DNA from: Parcubacteria group bacterium LiPW_15
GTDB lineage: Bacteria; Patescibacteriota; Minisyncoccia; UBA6257; 2-01-FULL-56-20
Length of the DNA: 64,000 nucleotides
Direction of reading: 5' to 3'
Assembly: GCA_007375645.1 (NCBI GenBank)
Contig: VMER01000001.1
Span: 5,139 to 69,138 of the forward strand
In this document: one piece after another, positions 1-8,747 of the stretch
Layout: each line of letters begins with the position of its first letter
Position numbering within the stretch: position 1 is the stretch's first letter
Program-made: the position numbers and the translations under genes
Notes under the pieces: generated by a model
Database searches by the model: none
Told to the model about the DNA's origin: nothing
Seen by the model: the letters and a program-made list of their open reading frames with translations, nothing else

Positions 1-2
1 GA

Positions 3-371
3 ACTTCGCAGCTCGACGGGACAGTAAGGCAAATAAGCTCGCTTATTCGGGAAGCGCAATCTAAATCCGTTTCGCAGGTTGGCGGCGCAACTTGGGGGGT
101 GGTTTTCGACAACACGACCACGAGCGAACCGTTTTACGGAATGTTTAAAGGCGCCTCCTATACCGCTACCACTTCGGTGTCGTATTATCGCTTGCCTGCG
201 AATATCGCCTACGCTACTTCCACGATTGCCGGCGGGTCTAAAGTTGAGATTTATTTTTTACAGATAAGCGGTCTGCCTTCCGCTACGGCTACGATTGGGT
301 TGGCCCTTCAGTCGCCGGATTCGCCGTCTTCCACCATCAGCGTGAATTCTTCCGGGGCGGTAAGTTTTTAA
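3..371 (+). CDS. Type IV pilin-like (FimT/GspH-like) protein, 5'-truncated by window edge
   Basis: Frame open from window start (TSQLDGTVRQISSLIREAQSKSVSQ...WGVVF), the helix-then-WGV pattern of minor pilins; directly upstream of other pilin genes. Confidence 0.7.
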   Translation, partial: TSQLDGTVRQISSLIREAQSKSVSQVGGATWGVVFDNTTTSEPFYGMFKGASYTATTSVSYYRLPANIAYATSTIAGGSKVEIYFLQISGLPSATATIGLALQSPDSPSSTISVNSSGAVSF

Positions 372-382
372 AAAAATAAAAA

Positions 383-1618
383 ATGCGTGATTATCGTAGC
401 GGTCAATCTCTTATAGAAATACTTGTGGCTGTCGGGGTGGGCACCATAATGCTTTTGGGTGCCATAACCGCGCTCGCCCCGGTCATCAAAAGTTCTACGG
501 ATGTGAACCGGAGCCAGATAGGCGCAGCACTCGGAAAAGAGTTGATAGACAATTTGAAAGTCTTTACGGAGGCCAACTGGCATAACCTTGATTCTTTGGC
601 AACAACTTCAGCAAACAAATATTTTTTGGTGATCTCAACCTCCTCCATGCAATCTGTTACGGGCACCGAGGTGGTTCCGTCCGGAGCGCCGGGCGCGGAT
701 CTGGTGGGTTATTGGAAGTTGGACGAAGGAGCGGCTTTAACGGCTGCAGACTCAAGTGGAAAGGGACACAGCGGAACTGTTTATGGCACCGTGGCCACTT
801 CGGGTTTCGCCGGTAATGCCAGATTTTTCGCCGGCGCCGGTAATTATATAGATATGGGTAGCTTGAACCATCTTTCCGGCAATAATTTTACCGTATCATT
901 TTGGGCGAAAACCAGTTCGACTTCGGATTATTCGAGCTTCATTGATAGTTCTATTGGGGGAGCTTCGAACCAGATAAGATTCTATTTGGGCTATTATTAC
1001 AGCAGTGTTCCCAGGGTTGCCATACTTTTGGGCAATGGCACAACCTTTAACACCTTAGATACCGGCTATACGATTCCGCCCGGCATCTGGGTTCATTACG
1101 CGGTTACCGTTAGCAGCACCCAGGTTATATTTTATGTTGATGGCAAGCAGTATGGCTCGGCGACAACCACGAGTTTAACTTTGGCGGAGGGGGATTGGAA
1201 GATCGCAAACGGTTTGGGTGGAACAGGCTGGTTCAACGGCTGGATGGATGATGTTCGCATCTATAACCACGCACTTTCTGCGTCCGAGATTCAAACCACA
1301 TTCAACGCCACTAATTTTTTTAGATATTTTTACGTGGACGATGTCCACCGCGACTCCAGCGGGAATATGGTAGCTTCCGGCGGAGGATTGGATCCGTCCA
1401 CCAAAAAAATAACGGTGGAATATTACTGGGGAGTGGTGGCGCCGAAAGCCTTAACCGTATATCTAACTCGCTCCGGGAACAGAACCCTTTGGCAGACTGA
1501 TTGGACCGGGGGCGCGGGTGTAAATGGTCCGGCCTCTACGACCGGAAGCACTTTCTCCACTTCTTCAGCTATAAACTTCGCGACTTCAAGCGGTTCCATA
1601 AGAATAGACGGATTATAG
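383..1618 (+). CDS. Prepilin-type protein with inserted LamG/ConA-like lectin domain
   Basis: Class III signal G|QSLIEILVAVGVG; LamG hallmarks LVGYWKLDEG, WVHYAVT, FNGWMDDVRIYNHALS. Confidence 0.85.
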   Translation: MRDYRSGQSLIEILVAVGVGTIMLLGAITALAPVIKSSTDVNRSQIGAALGKELIDNLKVFTEANWHNLDSLATTSANKYFLVISTSSMQSVTGTEVVPSGAPGADLVGYWKLDEGAALTAADSSGKGHSGTVYGTVATSGFAGNARFFAGAGNYIDMGSLNHLSGNNFTVSFWAKTSSTSDYSSFIDSSIGGASNQIRFYLGYYYSSVPRVAILLGNGTTFNTLDTGYTIPPGIWVHYAVTVSSTQVIFYVDGKQYGSATTTSLTLAEGDWKIANGLGGTGWFNGWMDDVRIYNHALSASEIQTTFNATNFFRYFYVDDVHRDSSGNMVASGGGLDPSTKKITVEYYWGVVAPKALTVYLTRSGNRTLWQTDWTGGAGVNGPASTTGSTFSTSSAINFATSSGSIRIDGL

Positions 1619-1624
1619 GCAAAG

Positions 1625-2515
1625 ATGAAAAATATTTTTCCAAAACTAATTCTTGCGGCAACGAGCATTTTGATCGTCGGATTTATTATAAAAACATTGC
1701 CATCGCCGAATACGGCCGAAGCGGTGGGCACGAACATAAGTTCTTCGGCAGGCAAGTATTGGGCTTGGAACGATGTCGTCGGTTGGATAAATTTTTACGA
1801 CACTCAATCGATAATCGTAGGTCCATATGGATTGACGGGTTATGCATCCTCGTCTTTCGGCGAAGTGTCTTTGGACTGCAATACCACGCCTATCGGCAAT
1901 ATTTGCGGAACTTCTAATTATCAGGTTTTAAACGACGGTAACGGGAACCTCTCCGGCTGGGGTTGGAATGACCAAGCCGGCTGGATAAGCTTTTGCGGAG
2001 GTCAAAACACTTCTGCTTGTCCGGGGACGGTGGGTTATGAGGTTTTGGTAAGCGCGGGCACGGGAATTTTTACCGGTTGGGCCTGGAACGATCTTGTCGG
2101 CTGGATAAGCTTTAATTGTTCAAATGTGCCGGGAAGCTGCACTACTTCGCAATACGACGTGGAAACTACATGGGTCGCCACATCCACATCCGGATTTCTT
2201 GAATCCACCACCTACGACACGGGAATTGCCGGAGGAGCGCAAATAAATTCCGTGCTTTGGAAAGGTTCGCAGCCCGCCGGTACGTCGGTAGGTTTCCAAT
2301 TCGCGGGGTCAAATTCATCTAGCGGTCCATGGATATATACAGGTCCTTCCGGAACAAACAGCTACTATACCGTTGGTCCTTCAATCTCTTTGCCGGTTGA
2401 TTATGCCCTTCACAACAACCAGCGTTATTTCAGGTACAAGGTTCAGCTTGTTTCGGATCAGGCGCAAAGAAATACGCCCCGGGTGGATGATGTTATAGTC
2501 AATTGGAGCCCATAA
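1625..2515 (+). CDS. Secreted/anchored protein with repeated GWAWNDxxGWISF motifs
   Basis: N-terminal hydrophobic segment; three WAWND/WGWND-GWI(N/S)F repeats with paired Cys; lies in the pilus cluster. Confidence 0.75.
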   Translation: MKNIFPKLILAATSILIVGFIIKTLPSPNTAEAVGTNISSSAGKYWAWNDVVGWINFYDTQSIIVGPYGLTGYASSSFGEVSLDCNTTPIGNICGTSNYQVLNDGNGNLSGWGWNDQAGWISFCGGQNTSACPGTVGYEVLVSAGTGIFTGWAWNDLVGWISFNCSNVPGSCTTSQYDVETTWVATSTSGFLESTTYDTGIAGGAQINSVLWKGSQPAGTSVGFQFAGSNSSSGPWIYTGPSGTNSYYTVGPSISLPVDYALHNNQRYFRYKVQLVSDQAQRNTPRVDDVIVNWSP

Positions 2516-2518
2516 AAT

Positions 2519-2612
2519 ACAGAATCCAGAATTTAGAATGTAGAATATTCGTAAAATACATTCAAATTCACAAATCCTAATGCCACATTCTACATTCCAC
2601 ATTCTACATTCT
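2519..2612. repeat. Inverted pair of heptamer arrays (NNAGAAT x4 / ACATTCY x4)
   Basis: 2519-2546 acagaat ccagaat ttagaat gtagaat; 2585-2612 acattct acattcc acattct acattct. Confidence 0.85.
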
Positions 2613-3029
2613 CGCCATCAGGGCCAGGCCGCTCTCTCGCTCATCTTTCTTATCGGTGGTATTGCGCTTTTGGTTGCGGTGACGCTTTCTTTGGTGGCCA
2701 TAAACTTTTTGAATTCTACTTTTGCTTTTCAATCCGCCAACAAGGCAATGGCGCTTGCGACGAGCGGGGTGGAGGATGCGCTCGTGCAGCTTAATAGGAA
2801 TTCCAGCTTTTCGAATATCGGCGGTTATATGGTTCCGGCCGGCTGTACGATTGGAGCGGCGGATTGCGCGACTGTTTTGGTCACGCAAAGCTCTCCCGCC
2901 GCCAATCAGGCGACAATTGTGTCCACAGCGACATCTTTCGCTTCTCAGCGTAAAATTCAAGTAGTGGTTGCGATCGACCCCAATACGGGCCAACTGGATA
3001 TTGTGTCGTGGGAGGTGAAGGCGCTGTAG
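2580..3029 (+). CDS. PilX-like minor pilin
   Basis: G|QAALSLIFLIGGIALLVAVTLS prepilin-like segment lacking E5; ALATSGVEDAL resembles the PilX N-terminal AEAGxE motif. Confidence 0.7.
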   Translation: MPHSTFHILHSRHQGQAALSLIFLIGGIALLVAVTLSLVAINFLNSTFAFQSANKAMALATSGVEDALVQLNRNSSFSNIGGYMVPAGCTIGAADCATVLVTQSSPAANQATIVSTATSFASQRKIQVVVAIDPNTGQLDIVSWEVKAL

Positions 3030-3039
3030 GTTCACAAAA

Positions 3040-4557
3040 ATGAAACAAAATTCGCTCGCAAAACTCCTATCTTTCCTTCGCGCCAAACCGATGATCGGCG
3101 GTCTTGAGATCGCCGATACGGCCTTACGGTTTGTGGTTTGGGACGGAAAAACCTTTCAGATGACCGGACTTAAACTTCTGCCGGGCGTGGTCGTTGGCGG
3201 ACAACTGAAGGACAAAGAGCGTTTTATCGCCGCGCTTAAAATGTTACATGCTCAGATTTTGGGCGAAAAGAAACACAGAACTAAAATAAACGCGATAATT
3301 TCTTTAAGTTCCATCGGCGTATATACGCAGGTTTTCACCCTGCCGTTCATCGAGGGGGAGAGCCTTGAAAAAGCGGTGCAGCTGAATATTCAAATGATTT
3401 CGCCTTTGGATTTTTCGGAGGCCTATTCCGGTTGGCAGTTCGCGAATAAAGACGAAGACAAGGTTCGCCTAGAGATCTTAAGCGCTTTCGCAAACAAAGG
3501 CGTCGTGGATGAATTTTCCGGAGCGCTTCATGTTGCCGGGTTTTTGGTGGTCGCAGTGGAATCCCGCGCCCTTTCTTTATCTCGGCTCCTCAAGGAGGCC
3601 GGAGCCGGTTTCGATCCGACGCGATCGGAGGTAGTTATGAGCGTTGATGGAAGCGGATTGGACTTTTTGATAATCCGCCATGGACAACTGCATTTTGATT
3701 ATTTTAATTCCTGGCACGATATACAGGGTGAATCCAAAGAAATTTCTCCGGATGCTTTTCGTGCTGCCGTTATCAGAAATCTACATCAGGTTTTAAATTT
3801 TTATAATTCTCATTGGCAAGAGCCCCTTGATGAAATAATTCTTGCAACCACCGGCTTTCACGATGAGGTTGTAAAAATAATTCAAGAAAACTTTTCCATA
3901 AAGATTCGGGATTTTGAGCTAAACACCAGCCAAACGGTTGCACCGGATTGGTTTGTAGCTTTGGGTTCTGCGGTGAGGGGATTGATCCCGCGCCGTAGCG
4001 ACAAAGAAATAAGCCTCTTGGGCGTAGATGCCCAGGAAGAATTCGGAAGAGAACAGGTATTGGGATTTCTGCGTTTTTGGCAGGTGTTAATGCCCGCGGC
4101 TGCGGCGATATTCATGATTGCATTTGCGGGCGTTTATTTCTCCCTTTCCAATATAGATGAGAATTTGGAGGCGGACGTGGCCTCGGTAAACCGTGGAGAG
4201 CAAGCACAAGAGATGAGGGGCATCGAATCTCAAATATCCGAATTTAATCGGGCCGTAACCTTGCTTTCCAGCGTAGAAAAAGCCGCTACCCTAAAGACCA
4301 TACTGCTCCAAAAAATTTCTGATTTTTCCGGCAGGACCGGCGTAATGATATCCCGGATATATTATCAGTCTGCGAATTCGCCGATAATGATTTCCGGTTC
4401 TGCCAGGTCGCCCGATGACCTTCTGGCGTTTAAAAAACTATTGGAAGGGGAGCCGACCGTCAAGAATATAGAATTGCCTCCTTCCTCGGTGCAGGTTTCT
4501 CCGCAAGGAGCGGTGTTCTCTATGAGTTTTTCCGAAGCTCAAGCCAGCCCGCGCTAA
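3040..4557 (+). CDS. PilM-PilN fusion (type IV pilus alignment complex)
   Basis: N-terminal actin-like GLEIADTALR and PilM-like core, then EISLLG (INLLP-like), a TM helix, coiled coil and PilN-like C-terminal domain. Confidence 0.75.
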   Translation: MKQNSLAKLLSFLRAKPMIGGLEIADTALRFVVWDGKTFQMTGLKLLPGVVVGGQLKDKERFIAALKMLHAQILGEKKHRTKINAIISLSSIGVYTQVFTLPFIEGESLEKAVQLNIQMISPLDFSEAYSGWQFANKDEDKVRLEILSAFANKGVVDEFSGALHVAGFLVVAVESRALSLSRLLKEAGAGFDPTRSEVVMSVDGSGLDFLIIRHGQLHFDYFNSWHDIQGESKEISPDAFRAAVIRNLHQVLNFYNSHWQEPLDEIILATTGFHDEVVKIIQENFSIKIRDFELNTSQTVAPDWFVALGSAVRGLIPRRSDKEISLLGVDAQEEFGREQVLGFLRFWQVLMPAAAAIFMIAFAGVYFSLSNIDENLEADVASVNRGEQAQEMRGIESQISEFNRAVTLLSSVEKAATLKTILLQKISDFSGRTGVMISRIYYQSANSPIMISGSARSPDDLLAFKKLLEGEPTVKNIELPPSSVQVSPQGAVFSMSFSEAQASPR

Positions 4558-5068
4558 GAGCTTCTCCGAGAAGCAACTCCATTTTCTTTTTGGGTATATT
4601 TTTTAGAACAAATTCCTCCGCTTTTTTTCTGATTTTTTCGTCGGGATTTCTGATGCCGATGCGCATGCGTTTGAAATTGGAGATCCCTGTTTCGTTTCCG
4701 ATGGAAATGAGTCCATGGTGGCCGGCAAGGTTTGTGCTTTCGGAAATTTTTATCGTGCCTAGATTCAGGTCGCTATCGTCATGCAAGATTATTACCTCCG
4801 ACGGTTTGGCGGAAAAGTATTTTAAAACAGCCTTGACCGCGAGCCCTGAATCGTTCATGAAAGTTTTCGGCTTTACGAATATAAAAATATCTCCATTTTG
4901 TATCTCGGCCTTATGAAAGCCGAAAAGCGGGAAGCTTTTCTCCGGAGAAATATCCCCCTCCGGAAGCATTCGGGCCATAATTCCTTCAAGTGCCAGCGCC
5001 CCCGCGTTGTGGTAGGTATTTTCGTATTTTGCTCCCGGGTTTCCGAGCCCGACAAGAATTTTTCTCAT
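4520..5068 (-). CDS. pth: Peptidyl-tRNA hydrolase
   Basis: LVGLGNPGAKYENTYHNAG, KPKTFMNDSG, HDDSDL, GHHGL, RMRIGI. Confidence 0.95.
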   Translation of the reverse strand: MRKILVGLGNPGAKYENTYHNAGALALEGIMARMLPEGDISPEKSFPLFGFHKAEIQNGDIFIFVKPKTFMNDSGLAVKAVLKYFSAKPSEVIILHDDSDLNLGTIKISESTNLAGHHGLISIGNETGISNFKRMRIGIRNPDEKIRKKAEEFVLKNIPKKKMELLLGEALSAGWLELRKNS

Positions 5069-5130
5069 ATTTATTTATATTAACCGGTCTTGCTAGGATT
5101 ATACCCTATAATGTATACTCAAGTGTAATC

Positions 5131-5661
5131 ATGCGGAAATTTCTTGCTTCCGTGCTCGAGGTTGCCGAAATCGCCCTTATCGCTTTGGGGGCGGTGTTCA
5201 TTGTGCGGCACTTTCTGGTGCAGCCCTTTTTGGTATCGGGAGCGAGCATGGCTCCGAATTTTGAGAACGGAGATTATCTGATGGTGGACGAGCTTACCTA
5301 CCGCGTGCGCGAGCCCCAAAGGGGGGAAGTCGTGGTTTTTCGCTATCCGAACGACAATACGACTTTCTTCATCAAGCGGATAATAGGTCTTCCCGGCGAG
5401 CATGTCGTGCTCTCTGACGGCAAGGTGGAGATAAACGGAAAGATTTTGGACGAAGGTTATCTTCCTCAAAATATTTCTACCCAAGGATCCGTCGATATTG
5501 CCTTAAAAACAGCCGAATATTTCGTGATGGGAGACAACCGTCCTTATAGCTTTGATTCCAGAAGCTGGGGCGTTCTCCCCAAAGATGATCTTGTCGGTGT
5601 CGCGAGATTGAGGCTTTGGCCGGTACAGGACTTTACCGTTTTCGCCGCTCCGAATTATTAA
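5131..5661 (+). CDS. lepB: Signal peptidase I
   Basis: VSGASMAPN (catalytic Ser), FIKRIIGLPG (Lys), GDNRPYSFDSR; start moved to ATG 5131. Confidence 0.95.
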   Translation: MRKFLASVLEVAEIALIALGAVFIVRHFLVQPFLVSGASMAPNFENGDYLMVDELTYRVREPQRGEVVVFRYPNDNTTFFIKRIIGLPGEHVVLSDGKVEINGKILDEGYLPQNISTQGSVDIALKTAEYFVMGDNRPYSFDSRSWGVLPKDDLVGVARLRLWPVQDFTVFAAPNY

Positions 5662-5666
5662 TTAAA

Positions 5667-6974
5667 ATGCCGGATAAAAAAATAAAAGAAAAAAAGACAA
5701 TTCCCGACGGATTAAAAACCCCCAAGGGTATGCACGATATACTTCCCGGAGAAGAGGTTTGGTGGGACAAATTGTATCGCGCCGCGGAGAAAATCAGCGA
5801 ATTTTACGGTTTTCATAAGATCGAGACGCCCATACTTGAGCAAGCGTCTCTCTTTGAGCGCGCCGTGGGCGAAGATACGGATATAGTACAGAAAGAAATG
5901 TATATCGTGAAAACCAAGGGTGGAGATGTCTTGGCCTTGCGCCCCGAGTGTACCGCGCCCGTCGCCAGGGCTTTTATTGAGCACAGCCTGGGCAAGTCTT
6001 CACCGCTTCAGAAACTTTGGTATTCCGGCCCGATGTTCCGCTATGAGAATCCACAGGCCGGGCGCTTTCGCCAATTTCACCAGATAGGCTTTGAGACGAT
6101 CGGCGGGCCTAACGATCCGATGTATGACGCCCAGATAATCATCACGACCCAGAGATTTTTGGAGGAGCTGAAAATAAAAAACCTAAACCTTAAAATTAAC
6201 TCCATCGGTTGCCGAGTTTGCCGGCCGATATATAAGCGGCAGCTTCAGACCTATTACAAGCCTCATTTGAAACAGCTTTGCGCAGATTGTAATCGGAGAT
6301 ATGCCACAAACCCTCTGCGCCTTTTGGATTGTAAAAACGAAAAGTGCCAGCCGTTCAAGGAAAAAGTTCCGAACTTTTTCGATAAGCTTTGCACTACCTG
6401 CAGTACTCACTTAAAGACTGTCTTGGAATACATGGATGAACTGAAGATCCCGTATTCTTTGGACAATCAACTGGTGCGGGGTTTGGATTATTACAGTCGT
6501 ACGGTTTTTGAGTTTTATGTGGAAGGCGACGGCATGAATCTGGGTGCCGTGGCCGGAGGCGGCCGATACGATTATCTTTTGGAGGCTTTGGGCGGACGCC
6601 CGACTCCGGGTGTTGGAGCCGCGCTTGGATCAGAACGTCTAATTGAGGTAATGAAGGCCCAGGGCGCGACTCCGCAGCTCAGAGTCCCGCGTAAAGTCTT
6701 CATGATCCACGTCGGCGAACAAGCCAAAAAGAAATCTTTGGGAATAATTGAGGAACTAAGGAGGGGAAATATATCCGTAACCGAGGCCTTAAGCCGCGAG
6801 TCTTTGAAGGCGCAGCTTAAGATGGCCGATCGGGAAGGAGCCCCCCTCGCGCTGATCCTCGGCCAAAAAGAAATTTTCGAGAATTCCATCATTATCCGCG
6901 ATCTCAAAAACAGCCTTCAGGAAAATGTCCCCCTAGAAAGGCTTGTCGAAGAAATTAAAAAGCGTCTCAAATAG
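5667..6974 (+). CDS. hisS: Histidine--tRNA ligase
   Basis: PKGMHDILP, LRPECTAPVAR, FRYENPQAGRFRQFHQ, LVRGLDYY, GGGRYD. Confidence 0.97.
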   Translation: MPDKKIKEKKTIPDGLKTPKGMHDILPGEEVWWDKLYRAAEKISEFYGFHKIETPILEQASLFERAVGEDTDIVQKEMYIVKTKGGDVLALRPECTAPVARAFIEHSLGKSSPLQKLWYSGPMFRYENPQAGRFRQFHQIGFETIGGPNDPMYDAQIIITTQRFLEELKIKNLNLKINSIGCRVCRPIYKRQLQTYYKPHLKQLCADCNRRYATNPLRLLDCKNEKCQPFKEKVPNFFDKLCTTCSTHLKTVLEYMDELKIPYSLDNQLVRGLDYYSRTVFEFYVEGDGMNLGAVAGGGRYDYLLEALGGRPTPGVGAALGSERLIEVMKAQGATPQLRVPRKVFMIHVGEQAKKKSLGIIEELRRGNISVTEALSRESLKAQLKMADREGAPLALILGQKEIFENSIIIRDLKNSLQENVPLERLVEEIKKRLK

Positions 6975-7385
6975 ATGGATTGTGTATTCTGTAAAATAGG
7001 AGGAAAAGAGATCCCGGCAGAAATAGTGTTTGAGAACGAAGAATCTTTTGCCATTCTTGATATCCATCCGGTCGCTCCGGGCCACACCATGGTAATCCCG
7101 AAGGGCCACGCACAAAATCTTTTGGATCTTCCGCGAGCTGAGGTTAAGCCGCTTTTTGAAGATCTGAAGACCGTGCTGCATAAGATATCTTCCGCGCTTC
7201 GCCCGGATGGATTTACAATAGGCATAAACCAGGGTTCGATCTCCGGCCAGGTGGTGGATCACCTTCACATACACATAATTCCCAGATTTGTCGGCGATAG
7301 CGGAGGATCGGTGCATTCCGTGGTCCAAAATCCGCCTGCCGAATCCCTTGCAGAGATCGCCGCAAAGATCAGAGCCGCCGACTGA
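6975..7385 (+). CDS. HIT family nucleotide hydrolase
   Basis: DCVFCKI, PGHTMVIPK, GQVVDHLHIHIIPR histidine triad. Confidence 0.95.
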   Translation: MDCVFCKIGGKEIPAEIVFENEESFAILDIHPVAPGHTMVIPKGHAQNLLDLPRAEVKPLFEDLKTVLHKISSALRPDGFTIGINQGSISGQVVDHLHIHIIPRFVGDSGGSVHSVVQNPPAESLAEIAAKIRAAD

Positions 7386-7452
7386 CCCCTTGCCGGGTTA
7401 GGAGGAGGGGCATGCTTGCCAGGCCGCGTTTTTTCATCTAATATATATCCCT

Positions 7453-7668
7453 ATGATAGAAGTTCAGAAAAAAGAAGGAGAATCGGCATCAAGCCTTTAT
7501 TTCCGTTTTTCAAAGAAGGTCAGGAGAAGCGGCGTAATTTTGGAAGTCAGAAAACGCCGGTTTCATGACCGGGTTGTGAACAAGCGGAAGGTCCGGGAGT
7601 CCGCAAAACACCGCGCCAACAAGGCCAAGGAAATAACCAGACTTAAAAAGCTTGGCCTTTCCGCCTAG
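7453..7668 (+). CDS. rpsU: 30S ribosomal protein S21
   Basis: IEVQKKEGES...RFSKKVRRSGVILEVRKRRF; followed by YqeY as in many bacteria. Confidence 0.85.
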   Translation: MIEVQKKEGESASSLYFRFSKKVRRSGVILEVRKRRFHDRVVNKRKVRESAKHRANKAKEITRLKKLGLSA

Positions 7669-7673
7669 CTAAA

Positions 7674-7752
7674 GCGGTATTTAGTATTAGGTGTGCGGTA
7701 TTGGGTATTCGTGCGCGATACTTAATACTTGATACGAAATACGATATACTAT
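7674..7752. repeat. Inverted pair of degenerate heptamer arrays (NNRGTRT x5 / ATACKNN x5)
   Basis: 7674-7708 gcggtat ttagtat taggtgt gcggtat tgggtat; 7718-7752 atactta atacttg atacgaa atacgat atactat. Confidence 0.8.
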
Positions 7753-7761
7753 CCTTACACG

Positions 7762-8208
7762 ATGTCTCTAAGCGAAAAAATTACGGAAGAGCTCAAGACC
7801 GCCATGAGGGCCGGGGATACCACATCCACCGGTCTTTTGCGTTTTCTTATTTCGCAGATAAGGGGAAAAGAAAAAGAAAAATTCGGAGCTCAAGAAGGAG
7901 TTTTGACCGACGAGGAGGTCCTCGATGTTTTTGCAAAAGAAGCCAAAAAAAGAAAAGAAGCAATCGCTCTTTTTGAGCAAGGCGGCCGGAAGGATCTCGC
8001 CGATAAAGAAAAAGCGGAGCTCGCAATGATTGAAAGATATCTTCCGGCCCAGCTTGGGAAGGATGAGATTCGGGTGGTAGTAAAGGAAATAATTTCCGGC
8101 GGCGCGAGCACCTTCCCGCTCGCGGTAAAAGAGGCAATGGCCCGTCTTAAGGGTCAGGCGGATGGCAAACTGGTTTCGGAGATAATAAAGGAAGAGCTCG
8201 GGAGTTAA
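7762..8208 (+). CDS. GatB/YqeY domain protein
   Basis: SLSEKITEELKTAMRAGD, KEAKKRKEAIALFEQGGRKDLADKE, YLPAQL, ADGKLVS. Confidence 0.93.
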   Translation: MSLSEKITEELKTAMRAGDTTSTGLLRFLISQIRGKEKEKFGAQEGVLTDEEVLDVFAKEAKKRKEAIALFEQGGRKDLADKEKAELAMIERYLPAQLGKDEIRVVVKEIISGGASTFPLAVKEAMARLKGQADGKLVSEIIKEELGS

Positions 8209-8321
8209 AAGCAAACTTATCACGTAAGAAAATTTAGCGACCCGATATTATGAAAAATGGATTCAACTGCGCCCAACCATCATTTTTGGGATGAAAACGT
8301 CGGTTTTAATTTTCTAGCGGG

Positions 8322-8747
8322 ATGAAATCCGCGGAGGCTCAGCTCCGCCGAATGGCGGCAGAACTACTTCATCTCTTGGGCGAAAAAAAGTGCTTCGTCC
8401 AGATTTTTTTATTGAAAGATCGGGAGATGCGCAAACTTGGGAAAAAGGTGGGTGCCCTTCCGAGCCTTAAACGGTCCAAAATGGGCAGAGAGCTTCGAAA
8501 AGAGGAGCACCTGAACGTGCTTTCTTTTCCGGATGAGGTTCAGTTTCCCGACTTTGACGGCCGCCGGTCGCTTGGCGAGGTGTACTTGAACTACGATTGG
8601 GCGGAGAAAAAGACCGAGGTTCTTTCCTATCTGCTTATCCACGGAATTCTTCATCTTTTGGGCTACCATCACGGCTCAAAACGTGATACCATAAAAATGG
8701 AAAAACTGGAAAAGAAATTATGGCGTCACGTTTTATTGTCGGTCTAG
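8322..8747 (+). CDS. ybeY: rRNA maturation endoribonuclease YbeY
   Basis: NVLSFP, LGEVYL, LLIHGILHLLGYHH metal motif. Confidence 0.9.
   Translation: MKSAEAQLRRMAAELLHLLGEKKCFVQIFLLKDREMRKLGKKVGALPSLKRSKMGRELRKEEHLNVLSFPDEVQFPDFDGRRSLGEVYLNYDWAEKKTEVLSYLLIHGILHLLGYHHGSKRDTIKMEKLEKKLWRHVLLSV

Noticed and set aside
8450-8500. Apparent extra residues in YbeY (and in ProS near 51450-51485) as further palindromic inserts
   Set aside because: No clean inverted repeat or match to families A-D; needs orthologue alignment.
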